Made by a program: the position numbers and the translations under genes
Shown: one piece after another, positions 22,601 through 34,432 of the stretch
Layout of the letters: each line of letters opens with the position of its first letter
Numbering within the stretch: the first letter of the stretch is position 1
Notes under the pieces: generated by a model
What the model was told of the DNA's origin: nothing
The model's input: only the letters and a program-made list of their open reading frames with translations
Databases searched by the model: none
Source of the DNA: Eledone cirrhosa
Taxonomy: Eukaryota
Reading direction: 5' to 3'
NCBI GenBank assembly: GCA_964016885.1
Contig: OZ024745.1
Coordinates: forward strand, 86,924,001-86,988,000
DNA: 64,000 nt

Positions 22601-24525
22601 GATTTAAGTCAGTAATGTTTAGTTTGTTTGTGATGATAATGTTTTTGAGAATTATGTTAGTCTTGTGTATTATCTTTTGGTTCTGTTTGGAGTTCTGGAT
22701 CTTAGGGAGGGTGTCTCGTTGCCCCATGTCAGATTCTTTCATTTTCATCCATTCGATCATAATTTCATCCTTCAAGTTGGCAAGTTCATTCTCATTCATT
22801 TCTTTATCCTTTACGATCTCATTATTTTCATTTGGAGTTTCATCCTGAGCATGCACTCCCTCCACTTTTTCGCTCCTTTCTTTAATTTGTTCTGTTGCCA
22901 GTGATTCCGCCCCAACCCTGGGATTCGAAGTGTTACAGTTTACTTCGTTTTCACTGACACATGTTTCATTTTCCCTTCGCTGACTTTGTGCTACTAGCTT
23001 GATCTGATCAATTTCTATATCAGTTAGTAACTTTTTTCTTACAATATTTCTTCGTATATTGGCTAGTTTGTTACTGTCAATATAGACTCTGTTTTCGGGA
23101 TGTTTCTTTTTCCAGTTGATATATGTCTGTTCTGTATTCGATGTATTTGATGGGTAGTACATGGCAGTGTAGAAAGCCTCAAGGACTTCTTTATTATCTT
23201 CCCTTGACCATTTTTCTCTCTTTTTCTTTGGATTTCTTGGTGGTGAGCATGGAGGGCCAACAGTAGGAGTATTCCGGTTATGGGAGGTCTCCAGCTCCGA
23301 AGTGATGGGAAGGTTTGAACCATTAGCTGATTTTTCGACCCCAGTCTGGTTCCTCTCTGAGGGACGCGGCCCTTTTTTACCCGGGTGACGGCCGATCCGG
23401 TATGAGATTTTATCATTAGACATTTACTTTATTTTGTCGCGTTTTATCCTTATCCGCCAAGGGGTATCATTTCGTGTTACCACTTCTAGAACGAGTGTCA
23501 ACCAAGACTAGAGGGGTCGTTCTCCCCTAGAGACATGGCTATTCCCCGCCGGCCGCCATCCCGGTATTTCTTGGTCACGGGGTTTTCTTTTTGTTGTTTT
23601 TTTTAAAATTGTTATTATCATGAGTGGTTCCTTAATGTGAGCATTGCGTGGCTTAAGAATGAAATTATTAATAATTGTCTCCACTCCAGGCACAAGGCCA
23701 GCAATCACATAGTGCATTACAATAATATAATATACTTTTTGTTGTAGTTGGCTGTTATTGTTGTTGGCTATGTCGGTGGTGGTGCCGGGGCTTTTTATAT
23801 TGTTGGTGAGGAAGGGGTGAGCCAGCAGTCCCATAATTGTTGATGTAGACGTTTGGCCGGTGGCAAGGTCACCAAGTCAATCTATTTATATCTTTTGCTA
23901 GCCTCTCTCTTGTCTAGTGATACCGCCACCTTCCCTTTTCTCTCTCAAGTTAACAGGGGAATAGTGTCAGTAGCATTGAATGAGTAGTGGCGGCGATGAT
24001 GGATGCGGTGGGGTGGTGGCAGCGGTGGTGTTGTGGTTACTGATATAGTATCTATGAGTTTGTGTTCGTATGTTTAATATATATTTTTATTATATTTTGT
24101 GTTGACATATTCCCGTAAAATTTGAATTAAACATTTTTTAAAATTTGAGACAATAATAATAGTAATTATTATTATGATGCTGGTGAAATTGCCGTTATCT
24201 GGCTGTTATATTTAGTGTGATGGGATAGGTAGTGTATCAAGTTTCTGGTGTTGGTGAAATTGAAATTGCTGCTATTTGGCTGTTCTATATAGTGTAGACA
24301 GAGGGTGTTTTGTTCCATTTATAACCATTTTCTTTTTTTGAATACAAAATATATAATACAAAATTGAATATTTGAGCGATACAACAATATAATATGGATC
24401 CGAAACTTTATGGGACCTCATTCGGTGCATTTATGCAACATTTGTGCTAAGAATTGTTCTTTCACAATTGATATAAATATGTTAAAAATCAAAAACTTAC
24501 GGGAGCAATTTCGTGACGTTCTACC
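19662..24525 (-). mobile_element. R4/Dong-type RLE LINE, family A, probably full length
   Basis: One long frameshifted ORF with RT, CCHC and RLE; ~1.1-kb putative 5' UTR; (TAA)n at both ends. The 5' boundary is inferred from the repeat. Confidence 0.85.
19803..23423 (-). pseudogene. Dong ORF (RT + CCHC + restriction-like endonuclease), two frameshifts
   Basis: NYRPITCL, WIDYKKAFDS, GIFQGDSLSPLLF, HLFYMDDLK, CRVCKKQPETIDHIISMC, NRPDII...IDMSVP...KLSKYKDL. Confidence 0.92.
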
Positions 24526-24616
<91 letters not shown>

Positions 24617-26210
24617 GCTGCATTTATCTTGCTTTATGTTCATACGAGTTATCACCAAGTCACACCCAGTGACCTCAAGAGACAACAAGGTCCGCCATGT
24701 TCAAGAAAGAACATACATATTCACACATGCATCTTTAGGTGTTTAGACTTGTGATTTACTTATATTGACAGAATCTTCCTTAGTATATGGGCAGTTCCCA
24801 TTAGTACTATCTTTTGTATTTTTCCTATACGCGGGTTTCCTGGGATTTGCGATAAGTAATCATTAGACCCCTTAGGTATCATTCCTAGAGCGCCTACAAC
24901 CACTGGTATTGTTTTAGTTCTCAATTTCCACATTTTTCCAATTTCTATCTCCAGGTCCTTATACTTGCTCAATTTTTCAAATGTTTTTATAGATACCTTC
25001 TTGTCTATTGGAACGGACATATCAATTAGCAGGCATACCCTCTTTTTAAAGTCCTTCAATATTATATCAGGTCTATTTGCATCTATTTTTCGGTCTGTTT
25101 GGATGCTAAAGTTCCACAAGATTGCGATGTGATCTTTTTCTAGTATGGGAGGTGGTTGATGCTCCCACCAATTCTTTTGATGGGGCAGGTCGAAATGCTT
25201 ACACATTATCCAATGTATGTATTGTGCAGCTGTGTCATGCCTGTTTAGGTATTCGGTTGGAGCTATAGGACTGCACATTGAAATTATATGGTCAATGGTC
25301 TCTGGTTGTTTTTTACATACACGGCATAATGGGCTGCATCCATTTTTCATTATGTTGGGTTGGTAATTTTTTGTTGGCAGACACTGATCTTGTGCTGATA
25401 TAATCAGTCCTTCAGTCTCCGATTTCAGTCCAGAGGATGCCAACCACTGATGGGTTAAAGTTTTGTCAACATCAGGATTGTTAGCTCGTTCTGGGTATTT
25501 TCCATACAGAGGCTTTTCTTGCCATTTCTTAGCCAGTTTCTGTAGCAGTTCTTTCTTTGCAGTTACTTTTACCTGCTTTGCTTTTTCTGTGTTTTCCATT
25601 TCAGCAGTAAATGGGACTTCTGAAATGTGTCGTCCATTACTGTATCTTTGTGCATCTTTTGTAATGGAGTATGATCTTTTGATGCTTTCGTGTTTCAAAA
25701 CGAGTTTGATCATCCAATCATGTGATTCCCTTAGATATGTAGATAATCCAATTGTTGCAGTTTTCAACGCAATGTCTAACTGGATTAACCCACGTCCTCC
25801 TTCTTTCCTAGGGAGATATATTCTATCTATATCTGCCTTAGGGTGATGCATTCTGTGCATGGTTAAGAATTTTCGAATTTTTGTATCGAGCCTACGGATC
25901 TCTGTGCTTGACCAGTTGATGACATTGTAACTGTAGGTTACTACTGGTATGGCAAGCGTGTTTATGGCATCGATCCTATTCCTTGCATTCAATTCCGTTC
26001 TTAAGATTGCTCTTACTCTGCGGTAACATTCCTTCCTTATCCTTTCCCTCATTGTCGAGTGCTTGATTCCGTCTCCTTCACAAAGACCTAGATATTTGTA
26101 AGTTTCCTCTTGATCAAGTTCTCTCATCACGTTCCCCCGATCAAGATTAATGTCTGAACTTTTCAGCAGCTTTCCTCTGGTGAACGTTGCTTTGGCGCAT
26201 TTATCTAGTC
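24617..26210 (-). mobile_element. Dong family A, 5'-truncated tandem copy
   Basis: ORF 24760-26130 is near-identical to the 19.8-21.1 kb protein and lacks its RLE-region frameshift; (TAA)n on both sides. Confidence 0.92.
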
Positions 26211-26216
26211 TTATTA

Positions 26217-26281
<65 letters not shown>

Positions 26282-26496
26282 GGTTGGTGAAACCACGCTT
26301 CTTATCGCCTCCAGTCTTTTTCAACGTTTTACCTCTTTTTCAACCGTTCTAAACCTTTTATTCAAGTTTTAAATTTGATAAAAGTTTAGAAGAAGTGACC
26401 CACCTAATACAGGGTTTCACTAGTAAATAATACGGCACCCCTTTACGGGGTGTCGTATTCGTATTTGTGTAAAAATACTTTTTGAAAAATTCCAAC

Positions 26497-28496
26497 ATGG
26501 ATAACACAAAAGAGAGAGAGAGCGCTGTCAGACAACACAGAGAGACGGAGACTTTATCAGCATGTCAACAAGACAGCGTTCCAGCGGAGGTAAATATAAA
26601 CGAAAATATTACAAAGGAAAAAAAGATTGTTACAGATTTAAAATTAACAAATATTTCTAACACAAACAACACCAACAATAACACCAACAACATCACCAAC
26701 AACAACACCAAAAATAACAGCGGTAAAGTCGAGAACGCCAATAACAAAAATAACAGCGGTAAGGTCGAGAACGTCAATAACAATGACAATAACAACAGCC
26801 ACAACAACAATAATAGTAGGAACAGTATCAACAAAAACAACAATAATAACAACAGCCACAATAACAGTAACAGCAGCAGCAGTATCAACAAAAACAACAC
26901 CAACAACTGTTCCAGCGAAAAGAACAACAATGACACCGATACCTGTAATAGCGACCTCAGCACCACCAGTAAGACCAATAGCGGCAGCAATAGTGGTGCT
27001 GCTGAAAAAGGGACCACTTCCTTTGCAGGTGTCGCCCGAAATATCGAGACTGTGTTAGTCACAGAGGAGGAGATGGCAGTCGCAAGGGCCATGGTTACAA
27101 GAAGCGCAAATAGAGTTTCCCTGAAACCTCCACCCGATTTTTTCAAGGATCAGCAGCTACGAACGGTGACTTAAGCAAAATCTCACATCGAGTGGAGAGA
27201 GCCACGGAGGCTCAAATCCAAAGGCCTTGGGGTGCGTCTGGGCACGCAAAACCCACATCACCCGAGGCAGAAAGTACGCCACAGTAGACGTACTTTTCGC
27301 CACCCCCCTGGAAGCAAAGTCTCACTCTTTGGAAACCCTAAAGAGTGAGGAGTTAGTCTTGGTGCCCTCCTACTGCGGGCAGAAAATTGTGAGGGTCAAA
27401 GTGACACAGGTCCCACCCGACATGCCCATACCTTGGCTGGCCGCGTCTGTCCTTGTTGGAATTGAGAACAGGGCGACCATGCTGCAAGTAGAAAAAATAG
27501 GGAGAGAGAATTGGTCAGGTATAGGCATGCAAATGCTTATACAAACTGACCAGGAATGTATCGAGGCTATCCCCGATATCATAGACTTTGAGGAAGGACT
27601 CCAACTCCCTATAAGTGTAGAAGGAAGACGGCCAAAATGTTATCTCTGTGGGTCGAAAGGTCACCTCAGGGCCTTTTGCCCGCAGAAGACACCGAAGAGG
27701 GCCCCTCTCCTTCCAATAACTGGTCCGCTGCTACCAAGAGCAGGACAGGCAACAAACGAAGAAGCCCCTTCTACGGTGAGTAGGAGGGCAACGTCCGTAG
27801 CACCCGTACTAAGACCACGGATAACTAAAGCAGCATCATCAGTAGCGGCAACACCAATAGCTACATTGGAAATAGCTACACCAGCAACAGCATTGCCGAA
27901 GAGGGCTCCACTACCACCACCAACAGCCGTGGAGCACATACCCCTCCCAGACGCCACAGAATCCGACATGGAGTTTGAGGCGGGAGTGACGTGGCAAACA
28001 GTCTGCCACAAAAAAACAAAAAACAATAAAACCCTTAGATTCACCCTCCAAAAGCGAAGGCATACAAAGAGGGGTAAAGGCAGCAAGGAAACTTGCAGCA
28101 ACACCACCACAAACACCAACAACGCAAACACGACAAGACACGCACACCAAACAGCAACAAGAAGAAAACGGCAACAAAATCACCCCTCCCCCCAAAAAGT
28201 ACACAGCCATAAAGATAGCAAAAAAAGAACTCATAAAATATATAAAGCAGCATACAGACATCACGGAAAAAAATTACTACACCCCACCAGCACCAAGAAT
28301 TCTCCCGACAAACATAAGCATCATCGAAATCTCATTAGAACAATACAAACCTTTAAAACAAAAACTCCCAAACGCAGTTGGAGACTTCAGAGGGACGGTT
28401 ACCAAGAGGATATACACTGACATCCTCTTGGAAACACCCATGACCAGCGAAAGGGACGATTCTACTGTCCCTTCACCACACGTACAAGGTAAGTGA
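26497..28496 (+). pseudogene. Tx1 ORF1, frameshifted
   Basis: Asn-rich N-terminus, LVPSYCGQ, VEGRRPKCYLCGSKGHLRAFCP; my translation of the last frame ends ...HVQGK*. Confidence 0.85.
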
Positions 28497-28528
28497 CCCT
28501 TTCTCATTTGCCCCATTTCTCATCCAAC

Positions 28529-31500
28529 ATGGCTGTACTCAGAATAGGCAGTATAAATGCACGTGGCCTGGGGTCATCTTGGAAGCAGGGTCACCTGCTC
28601 AATGACCTCAGGTCACTAAACATAGATGTGGTGGCTATCAGTGAAACCAGAATCTCCGAGGCACGGGCCTTCGCACCGATATTCGGCGGCTACGATGTAT
28701 ACGCATCTCCCAGCCGTCCAGGACCGGGGGGAGGGGTTGCCGTCCTTTTTCGGAGAGGCTTGGATCTCGCGATACGGGCTATCTTCCTGGACCCAGAAGG
28801 TAAGTCGGTGGTCCTGGACTTGACCGGCAGCGAAGGCAATGCTTTCAGGCTAGTAGCCGTCTACGCCCCAACAGGGGCAGGACGGTCAGATTTCTTAAGA
28901 CGTCCAGAGACCTTTCTTGGAACGTTCCGCTCTTTAGTCTTAGTGGGCAACTGGAACGGTATCTTGGATGCACGCTGAGATTGTGTGGGGCTAGTGGATA
29001 GGGGAGGAGGGTGCAAGAGCCTCACCAACCTGCTCAGACGTTTTGAACTGTCTGACAGGTATCGACTGGATCACCCGAATATGCCAATATGGACATGGAC
29101 AAACCGCATCGGGTCATCCAGATCGTATCTAGTTAGGGTATTCTGCAGGGAACTAGATAAGGCTAGTATAAGTTGTCCACAATTTAAAATAGTCGACTAC
29201 ACAGACCACAAATTTGTGATCTGTGAGATCGACATAGACAGACTTCATAGACAAAGTCCTGGTTACTGGAAGCTGAACGCGTCTTTCCCGGCGCGCAAGG
29301 CCTACAGAGACCGGATTAGCGTATTAGTTAAGCGGGTGTTGACGGGAGCGGTCGTCAACAACAGGTGGTGGTTCGCCCTGAAAAGCGCAATTAAAGTAGA
29401 GTCGATTAGGTTTAGCAAAGGAGTAGTGATAGAGGAAAATAGAGTAGAGGGAGAGCTAGTCAGAAAGCTAGAAGAGGCGTTTAGAACAGGCATCGCGACC
29501 GACGTGCTTGCGGCGAGATTGGCACACGACCAATTCTTCAACGCAAAACACGAAGGCTGCGTTGTCAGAGCTAGATCGCGTGCTCTGAAACACGAGGGGA
29601 CAAAAGCCGTCCAATGGGCTCGGGTGGCAGAGGCGCGACGTGGCATTAAAGCCACAATTCGGTCTTTGTCTGACCAAAACGGGTGCGTGATGCTCGAACC
29701 CGAGCGGATATGTGAAGCTTTTCAGCAGCACTTTGCTGAACTGTTCGGGAGCGGCGGCGGCCCGGATCGGGACATGGACTTCTGTGCATACCTCGACGGA
29801 CTGCCTCGGCTCTCGACGACCGCAGCACAGTGTTGCGAAAAGCCAATAACAGCCGGTGAAATACGGGAAGCGATGGCTAACTGCACAAGAGGTAAATCAC
29901 CAGGTTTAGATGGTCTGCCCTACGAGCTTTATGCATTTATGCCAGACTTGTTCGGTGACCTCTTGGCAGACGTCTACTGCAACTGGCAGCAGAACGGGAG
30001 CATTTCCAGTTTTGTGAGCAGTGGCGCATCTGAGAAAGACCCGAACAAGGGGGATGTTATTGATAATTTCAGGCCCATAACTCTGCTAAACGCAGAGTTC
30101 AAGATTTTGGCCAAGGTGTTAGCAACGAAGTTGGCACTTGTCGTCAAGGGTCTAGTGGGAGAGGCGCAGATATGCGCAATCCCGGACAGATCCATACACG
30201 ACAACCTCCACTTCATGCGATACATCATAGAGAGGGTGGTTAAGGAACTTGGCAAGGGTGGGGCCCTGATCAACTTGGATCAATCCAAAGCATTCGATAG
30301 GGTCGACCATCGGTACCTGGCGGCGGTCCTCGAGGCAGCCGGTTTCGGGCCCGTTTTCAGGCGTTGGATCGCAGCAATGTACAGCGACACCTGCTCAGTT
30401 GTGAGGGTGAACGGTCACCTGTCGCAGCCGTTCAGCATCATGCGCTCAGTCCGCCAGGGTTGTCCCCTCTCGTCCCTCTTGTACGTATTGGCTCTCGAGC
30501 CGTTACTGCACAAACTGGGGCGATGAGGGGCGTCCCACGTGAACTAGGATGCGGGAAATCCGAGTCGGCTTACGCTGACGACGTCACCGTAGTGGTGTCG
30601 AGAACCAGACACGTCCAGATGCTCGGCACCGCTCTCAAGGAATACGAAACGGTGACAGGAGCAAAGATAAACCAGGAAAAGTCGGTGGGCTTGCAGCTAG
30701 GCACCTGGAGAGGCAAGTCCATGCCGTCCGACAGCGTCGTGGGGCGTTGGACGGACGGACCGGTTAAATTGCTCGGGGTCTGGTTCGGACCGGACCTCCA
30801 GATGGAGAAAAACTGGAACGAGGTGACGAGGAGGGTGGCCTCCCTCACCCAGAAATGGGCTGAGAGGAAGCTGTCCCTGAAAGGCCGGGCGGAAGGGGCG
30901 AATGCGTACATCCCATCCGTCATCTGCTACCACCTCACCGTCGTCCCTTGCTCCAGCCCAACTCACACCAAAATGGAGCGCCTCCTCTTCCGCTTTTTGT
31001 GGAAGGGACGCGCTCCCATGGTCAGACGATCCATCTGCTGTCAACACCCGTTGCGTGGAGGACTGGGCGTGCCATGGCTGATGATGCGCAAACATGCGCT
31101 GAGGCTGCGACATCTCTGGTGCTTCCTTGATGGTGAACGGGTGTGGTCGCCGTTCGCCAGGCACATTTTCCCCCAGCTCGTCTCCTTGACGGAGCTGCAG
31201 TCCTGGGTCAGAAAAAGACCGAGGGATAGCGCTTGGAAACTGGAATGTCTCCAGGCGCTCACTGCCCTCTCCCAGTTGGGCACCAGTATCGGTGGAACAT
31301 CTACCTCGGCGTTCTATAGAGGACTAGTGGAGGGGAAGAGCGACGACGTTCTCGGAGAGATCCTGGGCGTCGAAGAAGATCAGCTGCTTGCTCTCTTCCG
31401 GAGAACTTTCAGCCCGGGGCCTATGGATAACTTCCAAAAATCCCTGGCCTGGCAGTGCTACCGGGGAGCGTTGCCGGTTCGAGATAAGCTCTACAGGCAC

Positions 31501-31923
31501 GGAAGTGCCGTCAGCCGAGCCTGTCCGAGTTGCGCGCATAGCAACGAAACCGTTGTGCACGCACTCGTTCAGTGCCCAAGCATTGCTGACATGTGGAGCT
31601 ATGTCGAACAGTTGCTGTCACGTGTGTGACTGATCCGGTTGTCGACTGAGTCCATTGTGCAGATGGTCTCGCCGTCTTCCTTTGAGGAGGAACGGCAGGC
31701 GGTTTTCATCTGCCTGGTGGCCATGGCGAAAGAGATTGTGTGGTGGACAAGTTTAAAAGGATTAAAGACAAATACTTTCCTCTTCGGCGAATCCCTGATT
31801 AACTTTTTCAAGTTTCACTTGAAGAGGAAAATCAGGGTGGAGAGGCAAGTGCTGCTTTCTAGCAAGTTTGTTGAAAGGTGGGTGAATGTAGCGAGAATGG
31901 TCCGAGTGAATATACGTCTGTAG
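28529..31923 (+). pseudogene. Tx1 ORF2 (APE + RT), disrupted
   Basis: NARGL, ISETR, YAP, KSPGLDGLPYE, NFRPITLLN, KAFDRVDH, YADD, CPSC...H..C. Confidence 0.92.
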
Positions 31924-32194
31924 TTTGAGGGATGGAAAAATTGAGTAGTCAGGGTGGCCATGGTCTTTTGTGTGGTTTTCGCCACGAGTAACCCTCGGAG
32001 GTTTCCCCCTTATTGGGGAATTTTTCATTGTTTCAATTTTCATTTTATTGTTTATATATATATATATGTTTTATGTCCTTTTTCTTTTCTTATATAAATA
32101 ATAAAAATATTTACACGCACAAAACCCACATCGTACCGTCCTGTTCCGTCTGTGATGTTTTTCTTGATGTCAGCCCTTGTGGCCAATAAAGAAA

Positions 32195-32226
<32 letters not shown>

Positions 32227-32436
32227 GGCGACCTACGTAGTAAATCGTATCATCGTGAGCTCCGCAAAGGTTTGTTATTTCCATTTGTTAAAAATTGCCA
32301 TTTATGAAAATTTTTTATTGTTAACTATATATAAGCGCACATACATTGTTTTCCGAAAAGGACATCCAAAAAGATTGGGGCCTTGAGCCCAAAATTTAAA
32401 CTTTTATGATTATCAAAAAATTTCTTTGAAAAAAAA

Positions 32437-34398
32437 ATGGCTAATTCACCTCTGCACCAAGCAGCTGAAAGCCTTCCTCACAAATTAACACCTCACACCG
32501 ACACCACCATTGTAAATGATACTACGTTTGCCAACACAAACAATTTAAGCACTAGCAATATTTTAAATTTGTCTCAGGCAGACATTCATTTCCCACCATT
32601 ACCAATGACTGCAGGTGTTAAAGCCGCCGCCACCACCACCACCGCAACAACCACCACCCCACCACCACCGCGACAACAGAAACAAAAGGAAAAAATAAAT
32701 CAACTCGCGATGTCGAAATATTTTCAAACAAAATGGACTCTTCCAAACCGAACTCCACTGACGTCACCACCACCACAACTGAAACTAAAATTAATAATAA
32801 CAAAAATAACGATAGCAACAACAACAACAATGACATTAAAAAACCACCCTGAGTTTTGCCAGAGTAGCAAAACAGTGCGAAGCATTTACGGTAACTCAAG
32901 AGGAATTGGAAAATGCCAAAAAAATGGTAAAGAAAGATGGGTACAGGGTCAGCCTCACCCCCCCACCTAATAAAATGGAGCATCGGCGCCTATGCACCGT
33001 GTCGTATCGAACAATAAATGTAAAATCGCGCCGAGTGGAACGGGCATCCGAGTCCCAAATCCAAAATGCTCTGGGACATGTGTGGGCAAGAAAAACCCAC
33101 ATCAGACCTGGGCAGAGTATGGAACCGTGGACGTGTTCTTTGAAAGATCAGAGGAGGCTAGAGAACACTCCATGGCCCCATTAAGAAGTGACGACTTCAC
33201 ACTCGTCCCAAGCTATTGTGGCCAGAGACTCGTAAAGATCAGGGTGACCCACGTTCCACCGGCCATCGAAATTCCCTGGCTAATAGCGGCCGTCCTCGCC
33301 GGAATCGAAGCCAACACAAAGATAATAGCAATAGCAAAAAGAAAAGCAGGAGAACTGGTCCGGATCTGGGATGGAGCTCCTGATCCAAGCGGACCAAAAA
33401 AGCATTGAGGAGATCCCAGAGGTAATAGACCTCACTGACGGCAGCCACCTCACCGTAATTGTCGAAGGCAGAAGGCCTAGATGTGTCGTTTGTGGTGAAG
33501 GAACCCACCTAAGGGCTTTCTGCCCTCAGGCTAAAAGGTTGAGGCCACCTCTCCTACCCACCCCAGTGACTCAACCATCAACACCACCAGTAGCAGAGAT
33601 GGCAACAACAACTGTAGCAGCAACAACAGAAGCAACTATAACAGCAACAACCCCAGCAACTAGCAAAACCAACACCACCACCACCCAACGCTTCAGAACT
33701 AGCACCAGCGCCTACACCATCCACCACGCCACAACCAAAACTAACGCCTGTGGAGGATTTTCCACTCCCCAGCCTATCACAACTGGAGACAGATTGTGAC
33801 GACGAGGAGTGGGAAACGGTAACAGGAAAAAAGAAAAAAAGAAACCAAAAAAGAAAAAAATTCTCTTCCTGCCCCCTCCAAAAACAAAATACAGAGGGAA
33901 ACAGATAAATTAACAAACAAAAAAGTTAGGACAGATATGCCACCATCCACACCAGCATCACCAACCCCATCACCCCAAACACCAACACCATCACCATCAT
34001 TAACCCCAACACCACCATCACCTACACCACAAAAGTCACCAAAATGCGAAACAGAAACAAGCCCACAACAAACGCAAACAAAACAAAACAACCAAAACTA
34101 TACACACTACACAGCATTAAATTTGAACAACAACCAATTATTACACTACATCCAACACAACACCAGCATCACAGAAAAAAACTACACAACAACCCAAAAA
34201 TTCACACCACCACCACACATACAAATCACTCGCATCACACAGAAAACGTACATGACACTAAAACAAAAATTTCCGAAAGACATCGGAGACTTCCGACAAG
34301 CACTCTCCAGGAGGATTTATAAGGACATCCTTCCTGAGGAGGCCACACGCAGTGAAAAGGATGGAAAAACCGTCCTTCCTCTACGAGAAGTAAGGTAA
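32437..34398 (+). pseudogene. Tx1 ORF1, multiple frameshifts
   Basis: LVPSYCGQ and VEGRRPRCVVCGEGTHLRAFCP in fragments. Confidence 0.83.
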
Positions 34399-34432
34399 GT
34401 GGTCTTTCCCATCTTTTCCACTCCATTTCAAC

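Larger units (their letters stand above)
26282..32196 (+). mobile_element. Full-length decayed Tx1-clade LINE in (ATT)n
   Basis: 5' UTR, ORF1, ORF2, 3' UTR ending AATAAAGAAATC then (ATT)n. Confidence 0.93.

Noticed and set aside
23508-23834. 108-aa upstream ORF of Dong A
   Set aside because: Runs through low-complexity and SINE-derived sequence; no domain evidence.
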